DNA of 64,000 nt from an uncultured candidate division Zixibacteria bacterium (GTDB lineage Bacteria > Zixibacteria > MSB-5A5 > GN15 > FEB-12). The notes under the pieces are model-generated. The model was not told the DNA's origin and did no database searches. It worked only from the letters and a program-made list of their open reading frames with translations. Where the stretch lies: NCBI GenBank assembly GCA_963664195.1, contig OY760907.1:3072001-3136000 (forward strand), in the 5' to 3' direction. The position numbers and the translations under genes were made by a program. Positions 38,601-47,108 of the stretch are shown here, piece after piece; positions within the stretch are counted from its first letter, which is position 1, and every line of letters starts with the position of its first letter.

Positions 38601-39355
38601 GTGCCGTGACCGAAGTAGTCACTCGGGTCATTGTCGCCTATGGGATCGAAATAGTTCAGTGAGTCGCCGGAAACGTCGTATCCAAGCGTGTCATCGACAA
38701 ACCCGTTGTGGTCGTCATCGATCCCGTTGCTGGGGATTTCATCCGGATTCTGCCAGAAACGTCCCTGCAACTCCGGATGGGTCGGGTCCACGCCGGTGTC
38801 TATGATGGCGACAACTACGCGGGTCGAAACGGCGGGCGTGTGGTCGTAGTAATAAGATACTCCGATGTCGAAACCGGGGGTGCCGGATCGGACTGTCAGC
38901 GTGTCGTTGAAGTCGTCGTCAAGCCGTTCGACGGCGGGATACTCCTGGCCCGTGTTGTGCAGGTACCACTGGTGATCGAACAATGAGTCCTGCGGGAATT
39001 CAAAGAACTCCAGATGGTAGTCCGGTTCGATCCATTCGACGTTCTCCTTGCCAATCAAGGCCGTTGCATTTTCGATTGTCAAACTAGTGTCAGAGGAGAA
39101 AAAAGTGTGGATTCGCCGGATGTCATCAGTCCCTTTGAGTTCGCTTCTGATCTGCAACTGGGATATGGGGCCGAAACGATAGCTGCTATTGAGTGCGGTT
39201 CGTATAGTGGTTGCACTGGCCTTTGGCGTCAGTTTTACCACGAACTTCCCGGGGATTGGACCGGTGGGGGTGGTTTTCGCAGGTACCGCCTGCAAGGTCG
39301 ACGCCATCAGCACCGTTGCGACGAGTGTGGTCAGTAACCTGAAGCTGGCCGACAT
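35669..39355 (-). CDS. S8 (subtilisin-like) serine peptidase with FG-GAP/VCBS-like repeats and YPNPFNP-type CTD
   Basis: Triad motifs IIDTG, HGTHIAG, GTSMATP; multiple ADLxGDGxxEI repeats; QNYPNPFNP...KMVLLK. Confidence 0.93.
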   Translation of the reverse strand: MSASFRLLTTLVATVLMASTLQAVPAKTTPTGPIPGKFVVKLTPKASATTIRTALNSSYRFGPISQLQIRSELKGTDDIRRIHTFFSSDTSLTIENATALIGKENVEWIEPDYHLEFFEFPQDSLFDHQWYLHNTGQEYPAVERLDDDFNDTLTVRSGTPGFDIGVSYYYDHTPAVSTRVVVAIIDTGVDPTHPELQGRFWQNPDEIPSNGIDDDHNGFVDDTLGYDVSGDSLNYFDPIGDNDPSDYFGHGTHIAGLVAAAADAHGIMGVTQQAEIMAVKIRPNATSQVGAAGIIYAVNAGADAINISWGTPYYPAVLKDALDFARANGVFVGIAAGNTGGNHIMYPAYFDSAFAVAASNSDGHVAYFSTWGEHIDLVAPGLDILSLRAAGTDMYESINEPLVHIIGEDSLYYLASGTSMATPLVVGAAAMIRSLRPDLPLDSLESTLRHGAVDMLDPFDVGDNLPGPDGISGWGLLNVRNALELATNGGVYFVQPVRAARFEDSLPVLAAPIAGYSGGWELAWTRTPDSGNWQTVASGTSLPSDSLLYTFSDSAIEGHVHLRLTDDNDVSRYTSSTLVTSQQTELTSPVNGLQYNYNIPVAGSIHGAGYESSALYYRLSGGPKVLLENITGESFDSDIYLWNASGIEVGDYTLYLHGYFGADSLVDSSSFTLVSAFAEGWPQTIEGRGPVSAVTADLEGDGQKEIIVATMFGLDVFSHDGQMCSGFPVLVGTDVQCVPAVYDIDHDGEREIVCTAEDGIHVFNADGSCTEGWPVNCVTMRTRIGYPTPTITSLDPAADSVIVLVNGNGVILAYEFDGTSHFAALEGQFAAFSHGMAPGPYFHGGNNVTAADVNGDGVPEVIATFSPIHNPPAGVALFDGRTGLPAFGMPNQLVIRSSDSRGTVLADLDGDSLPEIISLGTDTNAVQTLWVKTHGTDDFPGFPRTFPELYGWSSTFPTVADLDQNGSPEILCTFSEFDIGALYVFQADGSPYRTVEDRPVGEGFLVPMTFGAPIAANLTGDSRLEVVLRGGYLFPGTDREEIYVLDHDLNPIPGWPVKTPAPASAVTSTPQIALVDDIDGDNLVELIVVSEAAEVYVWDFDASAEGGANTGRLYADPTNSCTIPTSIDPTGVIEVAPPNLPAHYRLEQNYPNPFNPVTTIRFDLPNRSTVILRVVNILGQTVATLVDGDLPAGSFATEFDAADFASGVYFYKLQTNDFEMTRKMVLLK

Positions 39356-39550
39356 GTCTGGACTCCTTTTTTACCGAATGCGGCTTTGGGCAGTTCGGGC
39401 ATCCGCAAACCATGCGGCGGTCTGGTTTGCTACAGAGATGCAACAAATATAGCTAATAAGAGGTTTCGAGCAAGTCCCTCGGAGGTGTCACCACCCTGTT
39501 TCACCCGGAAAGACAGTACAAGCAGGCTGTTTTTTGCAGCTTGCCTGCTC

Positions 39551-39579
39551 TTGCCAACAGATTGAGAATTGATTACATT
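39551..39579 (+). promoter_or_regulatory. candidate sigma70 promoter of yebC
   Basis: TTGCCA-N17-TACATT. Confidence 0.5.
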
Positions 39580-39647
39580 CGCATACAGGAACCTGAGTTC
39601 CACATCAATTCGAGTATATGTCGTTAGTTTTACGGAGGATAGAGAGT

Positions 39648-40403
39648 ATGTCCGGTCACTCAAAATGGTCGACGATCAAGCGCAAAAAGGGAAAAGCTGA
39701 TGCCGAACGGGGCAAGATTTTCACCCGCTTAATCAAAGAACTCACTGTTGCCGCACGCGAAGGCGGGGGAGATGCCGACGGCAACCCGAGACTGCGTACG
39801 GCTATCGCATCGGCCAAAGCCGCCAATATGCCGGCGGACAACATCAAACGGGCTATAATGAAGGGAACCGGAGATTTGCCGGGTGTTGTCTACGAATCAA
39901 TCACGTACGAAGGTTACGGACCCGGCGGCGCCGCCCTCTATCTCGAGGCCCTGACCGACAACAAGAACCGCACAGTGGCCGATATCCGGCATATTCTTTC
40001 CAAATACGGCGGCAATCTTGGAGCTAGTGGCTGTGTTGCATGGATGTTCGACAAGCGAGGTGTGATTACAGTTGAGACTTCGGCTACAGACGAAGATACG
40101 CTGATGGAAGTCGCCCTTGAGAACGGAGCGGAAGACATCAAGACCGATTCTGGTGTGTTCGAAGTGCTGATGGAACCGGCGGTGCTCGACGATGTCCGCA
40201 TGGCGATCGAAGGGGCCGGTATCGTGATGGAATCCGCTGAGGTTACGATGGTCCCGCAGAACACGACCAAAATCGAAAAAGAAAACGAGGCCAACTCGAT
40301 GCTCAAGGTGCTCGATTTGCTCGAGGACAACGAAGACGTCCAGAAGGTCTACTCGAATTTTGATATCGACGAGGCACTGCTCGAAAAACTGGCGCAGGAT
40401 TAA
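39648..40403 (+). CDS. yebC: YebC/PmpR family protein
   Basis: [45 protein letters not shown]. Confidence 0.96.
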   Translation: MSGHSKWSTIKRKKGKADAERGKIFTRLIKELTVAAREGGGDADGNPRLRTAIASAKAANMPADNIKRAIMKGTGDLPGVVYESITYEGYGPGGAALYLEALTDNKNRTVADIRHILSKYGGNLGASGCVAWMFDKRGVITVETSATDEDTLMEVALENGAEDIKTDSGVFEVLMEPAVLDDVRMAIEGAGIVMESAEVTMVPQNTTKIEKENEANSMLKVLDLLEDNEDVQKVYSNFDIDEALLEKLAQD

Positions 40404-40446
40404 GAGCTGCGCTCTTGTGGGGGGCGTCTGCCGCCCACAGGAATGA

Positions 40447-40520
40447 CTGTCCCATAAGTAGGTCGAAACTCCTGAAGTTTCGACATATTCATGGCGGATT
40501 CGAAGACGGATCCGCCCTAT
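40447..40520 (+). repeat. diverged partial copy of the 17131-17315 element (one terminal end plus REP doublet)
   Basis: Ungapped 51/74 identity to the reverse complement of 17238-17311, with both hairpins preserved by compensatory changes. Confidence 0.8.
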
Positions 40521-40538
40521 GTATGATCGTAAAACCCT

Positions 40539-41306
40539 ATGTTTGATGGCACTAGTGGTTTCCTGTTCGATCTTGACGGCACCGTTTATGTCGGCGATAG
40601 GCCGATAGACGGTGCCGTGTCTGCTATCAACCATATCAGAAATAGAGGCATTCCGCTCAGATTCAGTACGAACACTACTACCAGATCACTGGCTTCGCTG
40701 GTGGGCAAACTCAATGACATGGGCTTACCGGTAGGGCTGGACGAGACGTTTGGCGTGATTCAAGCGGCCGTTTCGTATCTCCGGAGGAAAGGTCGTCCCA
40801 CGTGCCACGTGCTACTGACGGATGATCCAAAGTCGGACTTCAAGGAGTTTCCGCAGACGGACGAAAATCCCGAGTATCTGGTGATAGGGGATATCGGCAA
40901 GTACTGGGACTACGAGTTGATGAACCGACTGTTCCGCATGGTGGTGAACGGCGCGGAAATGATCGCGCTGCACAAGGGGCGCTACTGGGAGACCGAAGAC
41001 GGGTTGCAGGTAGATATTGGCGCTTTTGTGGCCGGTTTGGAATACGTGACAGGTAAACAGGCGACAGTGATCGGGAAGCCCTCGGCGTCGTTCTTCCACG
41101 AAGTGCTGAGTGATATGGCGCTAGCTCCCGAGGAGGTCGTGATGGTTGGTGATGATCTGGTCAACGATGTCCTCGGTGCTCAGCAAGTAGGTATGAGGGG
41201 TGTGCTGGTACGTACGGGGAAGTACCGTGAGGAGCTGGTCGCCCAGTCGGACGTCAAACCGGATCTGATTATTGATTCGGTGGCGGACTTGATCACACTT
41301 CTCTAG
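40539..41306 (+). CDS. HAD-IIA hydrolase (LHPP/HDHD2-like)
   Basis: FDLDGT, STNTTT, ALHKGRYW, IGKPS, MVGDD..NDV.GA, VRTGKY. Confidence 0.9.
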   Translation: MFDGTSGFLFDLDGTVYVGDRPIDGAVSAINHIRNRGIPLRFSTNTTTRSLASLVGKLNDMGLPVGLDETFGVIQAAVSYLRRKGRPTCHVLLTDDPKSDFKEFPQTDENPEYLVIGDIGKYWDYELMNRLFRMVVNGAEMIALHKGRYWETEDGLQVDIGAFVAGLEYVTGKQATVIGKPSASFFHEVLSDMALAPEEVVMVGDDLVNDVLGAQQVGMRGVLVRTGKYREELVAQSDVKPDLIIDSVADLITLL

Positions 41307-41307
41307 C

Positions 41308-41826
41308 TCAGAAACTCAAGACTAGACCGTAACGCGGGGAGCCGTCGAGGCCCTGTCGTACTCCCAAGTTCAGACTGAGGTTTGTCTGGTCGTTGTTGTG
41401 CAGGCGCACAGCCCTTTTCAAGTGTCCGGTGGCAATCACTTCGACAGATGTTGCTGCGATCAGAACGACGGCTCCGCTCAGCGCGGTGTAGGTCGAGACG
41501 TCTGTCCATTCTTTCTTAAACACTCTATAGATACCGGAAAACGCAACGGCACCGATGCCGAGGCTGAAGAAGTTTTTGGAGTACGTTCTGAGCGAGTTGT
41601 ATTTCCTGACTTCTTGAACCGCTCTGGGGTTGCCCTCCAAAGCCTCGCACAAACCCTCGCAGTGTGGGCCGAGGGACTGGAAGGGACTTCCGTTAACAGA
41701 GAATTTCCAGTGTCCCGGAAGAGTATTCTTGAGGACTAGCTCGTCGGCTGAAACAGCCTGTGCGCCGAGACAGAAGAGAAGCATTACAGTGATAGCCAGC
41801 AATATGCGCAATGGGGATTCCTCCAC
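41308..41826 (-). CDS. hypothetical exported/membrane protein
   Basis: Signal peptide, two hydrophobic helices, C-terminal RYGLVLSF; own upstream promoter. Confidence 0.7.
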   Translation of the reverse strand: MEESPLRILLAITVMLLFCLGAQAVSADELVLKNTLPGHWKFSVNGSPFQSLGPHCEGLCEALEGNPRAVQEVRKYNSLRTYSKNFFSLGIGAVAFSGIYRVFKKEWTDVSTYTALSGAVVLIAATSVEVIATGHLKRAVRLHNNDQTNLSLNLGVRQGLDGSPRYGLVLSF

Positions 41827-41852
41827 CCGGTATGATTTGATCTTTGGACCGA

Positions 41853-41881
41853 ATAGTAGTGCTGTGCGTCCGGTTTGTCAA
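41853..41881 (-). promoter_or_regulatory. sigma70-type promoter for 41308-41826
   Basis: Minus strand TTGACA-N17-TACTAT. Confidence 0.65.
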
Positions 41882-41951
41882 GACTGAAGATGAAGGGGCG
41901 CACCCCTTCCATACAACTCGGTTGCAGGGAGGTTATGGTCGGTCGGAATAC

Positions 41952-41980
41952 TTGACAAATTCCGTCATTGGTTCTATCTT
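41952..41980 (+). promoter_or_regulatory. sigma70-type promoter pointing to the SLC13 gene
   Basis: TTGACA-N17-TATCTT. Confidence 0.65.
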
Positions 41981-42333
41981 CACTGGCTGGAGATTGCATA
42001 TCTCCTTGCCCGGACCGGACATCCGCATACTGGGCACGCATGAAACAGGATTTGCGGGATAGTTCGGAGTTAGTTCTAGAAGCCGATACAGTATATAGCG
42101 TCTCCGTTGATTCAGGGGGACCCAGCAAGATATCGTCGGATTGATAGACAAACTCAATAATGACGAGTTAGCACAACGGGAGAGTGGATTCTAAAGGTGG
42201 ACGCCAAAGGCGACCTGCACTGGTGATTCTGAGAAGGCAGGAAGGGCAATATCGACGGTACAACAGGATCGGCGGTCTGTCCGGAGCATCTCTAAAGATG
42301 ATGAGTGGATACCTGAGTTTCGACTAATGAGAA

Positions 42334-44766
42334 ATGCCGTACCGGAAAACGACGTTCTTTGCAGGGTTTGTAATCGTCATTGCCCTCGGCGCATTCGCCT
42401 TGCACTACTTCCAGGGAATCACGGGCACTAATTCACCGGAGACGATAGGCGACCAAATCGGCCGGGCGGATTTTCTCGAATCACAGACCCCCTCTCACGT
42501 CCTCGTTCGCATGGACCCACCTGCTCCCACGTTTCATGCAGGCGATACGGGCAGCTTCACAATTATCATAGAGATCGATACCGCAACGACTATTGACGGG
42601 ACGAGGTCCTCGTGGAACCGCGATCTGAAAGCTCCGGCGGCGGCTTGGTTGTCGGTTACTCGCGAGAGTGGCATCGTATTTACGGACAGACGGAGCATCG
42701 ATGGGGGGGGGCACGAGACTCAATTGACATTTGAGAGTCCTGATCCGGCCAATCCCTCAGTCATGGCAAAACGAGTGAGCTATGCCGTGGATTCCAGGGT
42801 TCAGGCCAAGAAATACAATGTTTCGCTGGAGGTCGTAGCAGACCTGGTAACCGATAACGGGTTGCAGGTGCAGGACATCGGCACCGTCAAAATCCCCGTT
42901 TCGGTCGACACCCAACTCGCGACGAAATTCCTCATGCTCCTGACCGTAGGTCTCGCGATTCTGCTGTTTGTCGTCGAATGGGTTCGGATCGATGTGGTAG
43001 CCATGGTGATGATGGTGTTGCTGCCGGAATTGGGATTGCTCAAAGCCGGGGACGCATTTCGAGGGTTAAGCAGCAATGCGGTCATTGCAATCATCGGTGT
43101 GATGATAATCAGTTTTGGGTTGAACCGGACGGGATTGGTGAACCGATTGGTTCAACCTATCCTGAAGTATGTCAGGAAGGGGGAGTCCCGGCTAGTGATT
43201 GTGTTTTCTTCGCTGATTGCCGCGATTTCAGGTGTTATGCAGAACACCGGGGCTGCTGTGCTGTTTCTTCCTGCAATCAGGTTGGTAACAACCCGCGAAC
43301 TCAAGATTCACATATCTCGCGTTCTCATGCCGATAGGCATGGCGGCGATTCTGGGCGGTACGCTTACGATGATCGGCACCAGTCCGTTGATACTGCTCAA
43401 TGACATCCTTCCGGCCGGGATGCCCAAGTTCGGTTTCCTTGAACTGACTCCGATCGGTCTGGCTATCACCGTTGGCGGAATCATCTATCTGTCAACGATT
43501 GGTATGAGGCTTCTTGCGAAGCGGAAAGTAGACTCGTCACGCGCTGGCGGTCAGGACGGAGTTATCTCTCCGCTCGGGATCGACAGCAATTATCCGGAGA
43601 TAATCGGCCCCGTTGAAGTGTTCATCCCTGACGACTATAAGCCCAATGGCGAGCCGCAGGAAATCGCAGAGATTCGGCGCCGTTTCCTCGTGAATACAGT
43701 AGCGATGTCTACGAGGGATGGGTCGCTCAATATTGCTCCGCATCCCAAGAGGACTCTAAAGGCGGGCAGAAGCATGTGCTTGTACGGTCTTCGGAAGAAC
43801 ATCGAGAAATTCGTCAAGACGTACCGGCTTGTGCTGAGGGACAAACCCGTCCATTTCAAGAGGACTTTGTTTGATCCGTCGTACGCCGGAGTCGCGGAGA
43901 TGATCATTGCCCCTCGATCTCAATTCGTCGGTAAGTGCATTCAGGAAATCCGTTTTCGCCAGACTTACGGCCTCAATGCGCTGGCCCTTCACCAGGACGG
44001 TGCGCTTTACTATCGAGAATTGGCCGATCGGTCTTTGAATCCGGGCGATGCGGTGCTGGTCCATGGAACGTGGGAGCAGATCCAGAAACTGAAGGAACAA
44101 CACCACAACTTCATTATTGTCACGTCGTCAAAAAAAGATATTCACAAGCCGGAAAAAGCAAGGTATGCTCTCATAAGCGTGCTTGTCAGTTTCGTGCTGA
44201 TGCTGCTCTCCAGTTTCTACTTCCAGGGCATGGCGTACAACCCGATCCCTTTGTCGATTTGTCTGATGGTGGGCGCGCTTGGGATGGTCATCTCCAAAGT
44301 CATGACGATTTCAGAGGCATATAGGTCAATAGATACGCGAACAGTGTTTCTGTTGGGCGGACTAATCCCTTTGGGGATGGCTGTGGATCAGACCGGGACG
44401 GCTCAATGGTTGGCAAAAGGTATTATTCTCGGGTTGGGCAGTTTCATGTCGCCTCTGGTGCTGCTCATTGTTCTGGCTGTTCTGAGTTGTGCGTTCACGA
44501 TGGTCGTATCGAATGTTGGTGCCTGCGCTCTTCTGGTCCCCCTTGGCGTATCTCTGGCCAGTCAATTGGGAATCGATCCCCGGGTAGCTGCGATAGTCGT
44601 CGGCATAGGCGTGTCTAATTCCTTCATTCTTCCGACGCATCAGGTGAATGCGCTGTATATGGGACCGGGGGAATACCAAACGAAAGACTATCTCAAAGTC
44701 GGCAGCGGGCTTAGTGTGGTATATATGGCAATACTGGTGGCAGTAGCCTATTTGTTGTATCTCTAG
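42334..44766 (+). CDS. SLC13/CitM-type permease with TrkA_C domains and extra N-terminal extracytoplasmic domain
   Basis: EWVRIDVVA, AFRGLSSNAVI, LGGTLTMIGTSP, VSNVGAC, SNSFILPTHQVNALYMGPGEY. Confidence 0.9.
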   Translation: MPYRKTTFFAGFVIVIALGAFALHYFQGITGTNSPETIGDQIGRADFLESQTPSHVLVRMDPPAPTFHAGDTGSFTIIIEIDTATTIDGTRSSWNRDLKAPAAAWLSVTRESGIVFTDRRSIDGGGHETQLTFESPDPANPSVMAKRVSYAVDSRVQAKKYNVSLEVVADLVTDNGLQVQDIGTVKIPVSVDTQLATKFLMLLTVGLAILLFVVEWVRIDVVAMVMMVLLPELGLLKAGDAFRGLSSNAVIAIIGVMIISFGLNRTGLVNRLVQPILKYVRKGESRLVIVFSSLIAAISGVMQNTGAAVLFLPAIRLVTTRELKIHISRVLMPIGMAAILGGTLTMIGTSPLILLNDILPAGMPKFGFLELTPIGLAITVGGIIYLSTIGMRLLAKRKVDSSRAGGQDGVISPLGIDSNYPEIIGPVEVFIPDDYKPNGEPQEIAEIRRRFLVNTVAMSTRDGSLNIAPHPKRTLKAGRSMCLYGLRKNIEKFVKTYRLVLRDKPVHFKRTLFDPSYAGVAEMIIAPRSQFVGKCIQEIRFRQTYGLNALALHQDGALYYRELADRSLNPGDAVLVHGTWEQIQKLKEQHHNFIIVTSSKKDIHKPEKARYALISVLVSFVLMLLSSFYFQGMAYNPIPLSICLMVGALGMVISKVMTISEAYRSIDTRTVFLLGGLIPLGMAVDQTGTAQWLAKGIILGLGSFMSPLVLLIVLAVLSCAFTMVVSNVGACALLVPLGVSLASQLGIDPRVAAIVVGIGVSNSFILPTHQVNALYMGPGEYQTKDYLKVGSGLSVVYMAILVAVAYLLYL

Positions 44767-45797
44767 CAGGTGTCGGGGCGCTTGCCGGACCGATTGGTGT
44801 CAGGATTGTCTCTTGTGATGATTGCTCTATATATCTGATCGAGCCTGTCGGCGTGCTTGTCGAGAGTAGGAGGGGCACTCCAGAATCGTTCGTATGCGTT
44901 TTTTCCCATGGCAGACACCAGCGAGTTGTCGGACAGTCTCAGAAGGACCCGTTTCAGGTCGTCCTTGTCGCTTCCTTTGAACCAGAGTCCGGTCACGCCG
45001 TCTTCAACCATACCTCTTGCGGCTGAGGTGTCGGGTATGACAGCGGGAATACCGAGTGCGGCTGCCTCAAGCACTACCAGTCCCTGCGTCTCGTAGCAGA
45101 TCGACGGCAGCACCAGTGCTCTCGACCGCTTGAGCATGGGGAAGAGGTCATCTCTCTGAAGCCATCCGGCCATCTCGGCCTTCGGATTGGCCGACCTGAT
45201 TTCTTCGCTGCTTTCTCCCTCGCCGATGAAGGTCACTTTCATGTCGATTTCCGCGGTCGCCTCCGCCAGCAAACGGCAGCCTTTCTCTGATCCCAGCCGA
45301 CCGACAAACACGACTCCTTCGCAATTCGAAGGATTGGCAGAGGACTGTTTTTCGATTTCAATCGGGTTGGGAACACGATACGAATATGCCTCCGGGGTAA
45401 AATAGCCTTTCAGGACGTTGCGGCTGAAGTCGGATATGGTGATGAAGTGCTTCACCGATTGGGGAGATGTCCGCATGATTGCTGGACATAATGCCGTGTC
45501 ATTCGCCAGAGCTTCTGTGGGTAACTTCGCTTATCACAATTCGTCAGCAAGCATCTTAGTGACCCGCCGGTCAGCTTGCATATCTGCTGCTTCTGAAAGT
45601 TGTAGAAGCCGGCGTTGGGGCAGCCGATGGCGTAGTCATGCGAAGTAACAACCACGCACCGGAGCCACGGCGGTGAGCAGTGATACGGTGATGCCTCGCT
45701 CAGCCATTCTGATAGCTGAACTGAGAACTACCTGCGCAGCGCCTCCGTTTATGTGGGCTAAATCGAATACAACAACCAGATTGTAATCGGCAGACAT
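44763..45797 (-). pseudogene. glycosyltransferase family 4 pseudogene (three fragments)
   Basis: Fragment 1 at 45797-45636 (MSADYNLVVVFDLAHINGGAAQV...AERGITVSLLTAVAPV, GAGG RBS); fragment 2 at 45655-45452 (VTSHDYAIGCP); fragment 3 FVGRLGSEKG...PSICYETQGLVVLEAAALG; consecutive fragments out of frame. Confidence 0.85.
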
Positions 45798-45966
45798 CCG
45801 GATTCCTCAGTTTTTGACCCATCGCCAGATCCGGTGGCAAGTTAGTGACTATGATGAGGCATTGTCAAAGCATTTGGTTGGCTCTCGTCAGCCCGACCTC
45901 ACATCCTCAGCGCACAGCCGTTATTTTGTTTGAATTCGGGCGGGGATCCCCCCATATTGCAGACCT

Positions 45967-46461
45967 ATGCGTGTACTAGGAATCGATCCCGGATTGAATA
46001 TAACGGGCTATGCCGTCCTCGAAGACCGTCAGTCGACTATCGGTGTGGTCGAGGCGGGCGTGGTGCGGACGAAAGCATCGGCGGATATGTCGCTGCGTCT
46101 CAGGGAGATTGCCGCCGGAGTCGGAGAGGTGATCGAGCAGTTCAAACCGGATGCTCTGGCGGTCGAGGAGCTGTACTCGCATTACGCTCACCCGAAGACG
46201 GCGATCATTATGGGCCACGCGAGAGGAGTCATCTTTCTCGAGGCAGCCAAGGCCGGAATCGAGGTCTTCTCGTACGCGTCGACGCGAGTCAAGAAATCAC
46301 TCACCGGTAACGGTCGCGCACCCAAAAGGCAGATGCAACTTATGATCACTTCGACGCTCGGACTCAGCCAGATTCCGGAGCCGGCGGATGCTGCCGATGC
46401 CATGGCGATTGCGCTATGTCACTGCAGGTCACTACAGCACCAGGGAGCGTTTGCCCGATGA
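45967..46461 (+). CDS. ruvC: crossover junction endodeoxyribonuclease
   Basis: LGIDPG..TGY, AVEE, VKKSLTGNGRAPK, DAADAMAIA. Confidence 0.97.
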   Translation: MRVLGIDPGLNITGYAVLEDRQSTIGVVEAGVVRTKASADMSLRLREIAAGVGEVIEQFKPDALAVEELYSHYAHPKTAIIMGHARGVIFLEAAKAGIEVFSYASTRVKKSLTGNGRAPKRQMQLMITSTLGLSQIPEPADAADAMAIALCHCRSLQHQGAFAR

Positions 46462-47108
46462 TAAGTCGCATAGCAGGGAAACTGGCCCAGATCAGTGATC
46501 AGTATGCTCTTGTGGAGAATCACGGATTATTCTACGAAGTGTTATTGCCGTCGGGATTGGCAGAGCGTCTCAAGGGCAACGGCCAGATCGGGCACGAGAT
46601 TCAGTTCGAGACCATTTATTATATTGAAGCCGGAGACAAGAAATCGAGCCATTATCCGCGTATGGTCGGGTTCACAGACCGGATCGACCGTGAGTTCTTT
46701 TCGATCTTCACACAGGTGCCGGGGCTTGGGGTCAAGAAGGCGTTGAAGTCGCTGGTGTTGCCGGTGAGCGAGATTGCAGCTGCGATAGAGACAAAAGATG
46801 CGGATCGCCTTAAGCGCCTTCCGGGGGTCGGGGGGAGGCTGGCGGAGAAGATAATCGCCGAGCTTCACGGCAAAACGGCCAAGTTTGCGCTGGCAAAAAA
46901 CAGCGAACCGCTGGTAGCCAGGCAGTCCAGAGAGACGCCCCCGTTTGTTGAGGAGGCACTTGCCATTCTTGACCAGTTGCAGTACTCTCCGTCTGAGGCA
47001 AAAGATATGGTCGAAGCTGTGATGAAAACGAACCCGAAGATCAAGCAGGCTGAGGATCTCATTTCACTGGTGTTCCGGACCGCACAACAGGAAGGGGCCG
47101 CTGACTGA
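46458..47108 (+). CDS. ruvA: Holliday junction branch migration protein
   Basis: VPGLGVKKA, LPGVGGRLAEKIIAEL; ATGA overlap with ruvC. Confidence 0.93.
   Translation: MISRIAGKLAQISDQYALVENHGLFYEVLLPSGLAERLKGNGQIGHEIQFETIYYIEAGDKKSSHYPRMVGFTDRIDREFFSIFTQVPGLGVKKALKSLVLPVSEIAAAIETKDADRLKRLPGVGGRLAEKIIAELHGKTAKFALAKNSEPLVARQSRETPPFVEEALAILDQLQYSPSEAKDMVEAVMKTNPKIKQAEDLISLVFRTAQQEGAAD

Noticed and set aside
42178..42245. Glycine-riboswitch-like words GGAGAG...CGCCAAAGG
   Set aside because: Lacks the CTCTCAGG element and convincing P1/P2 pairing
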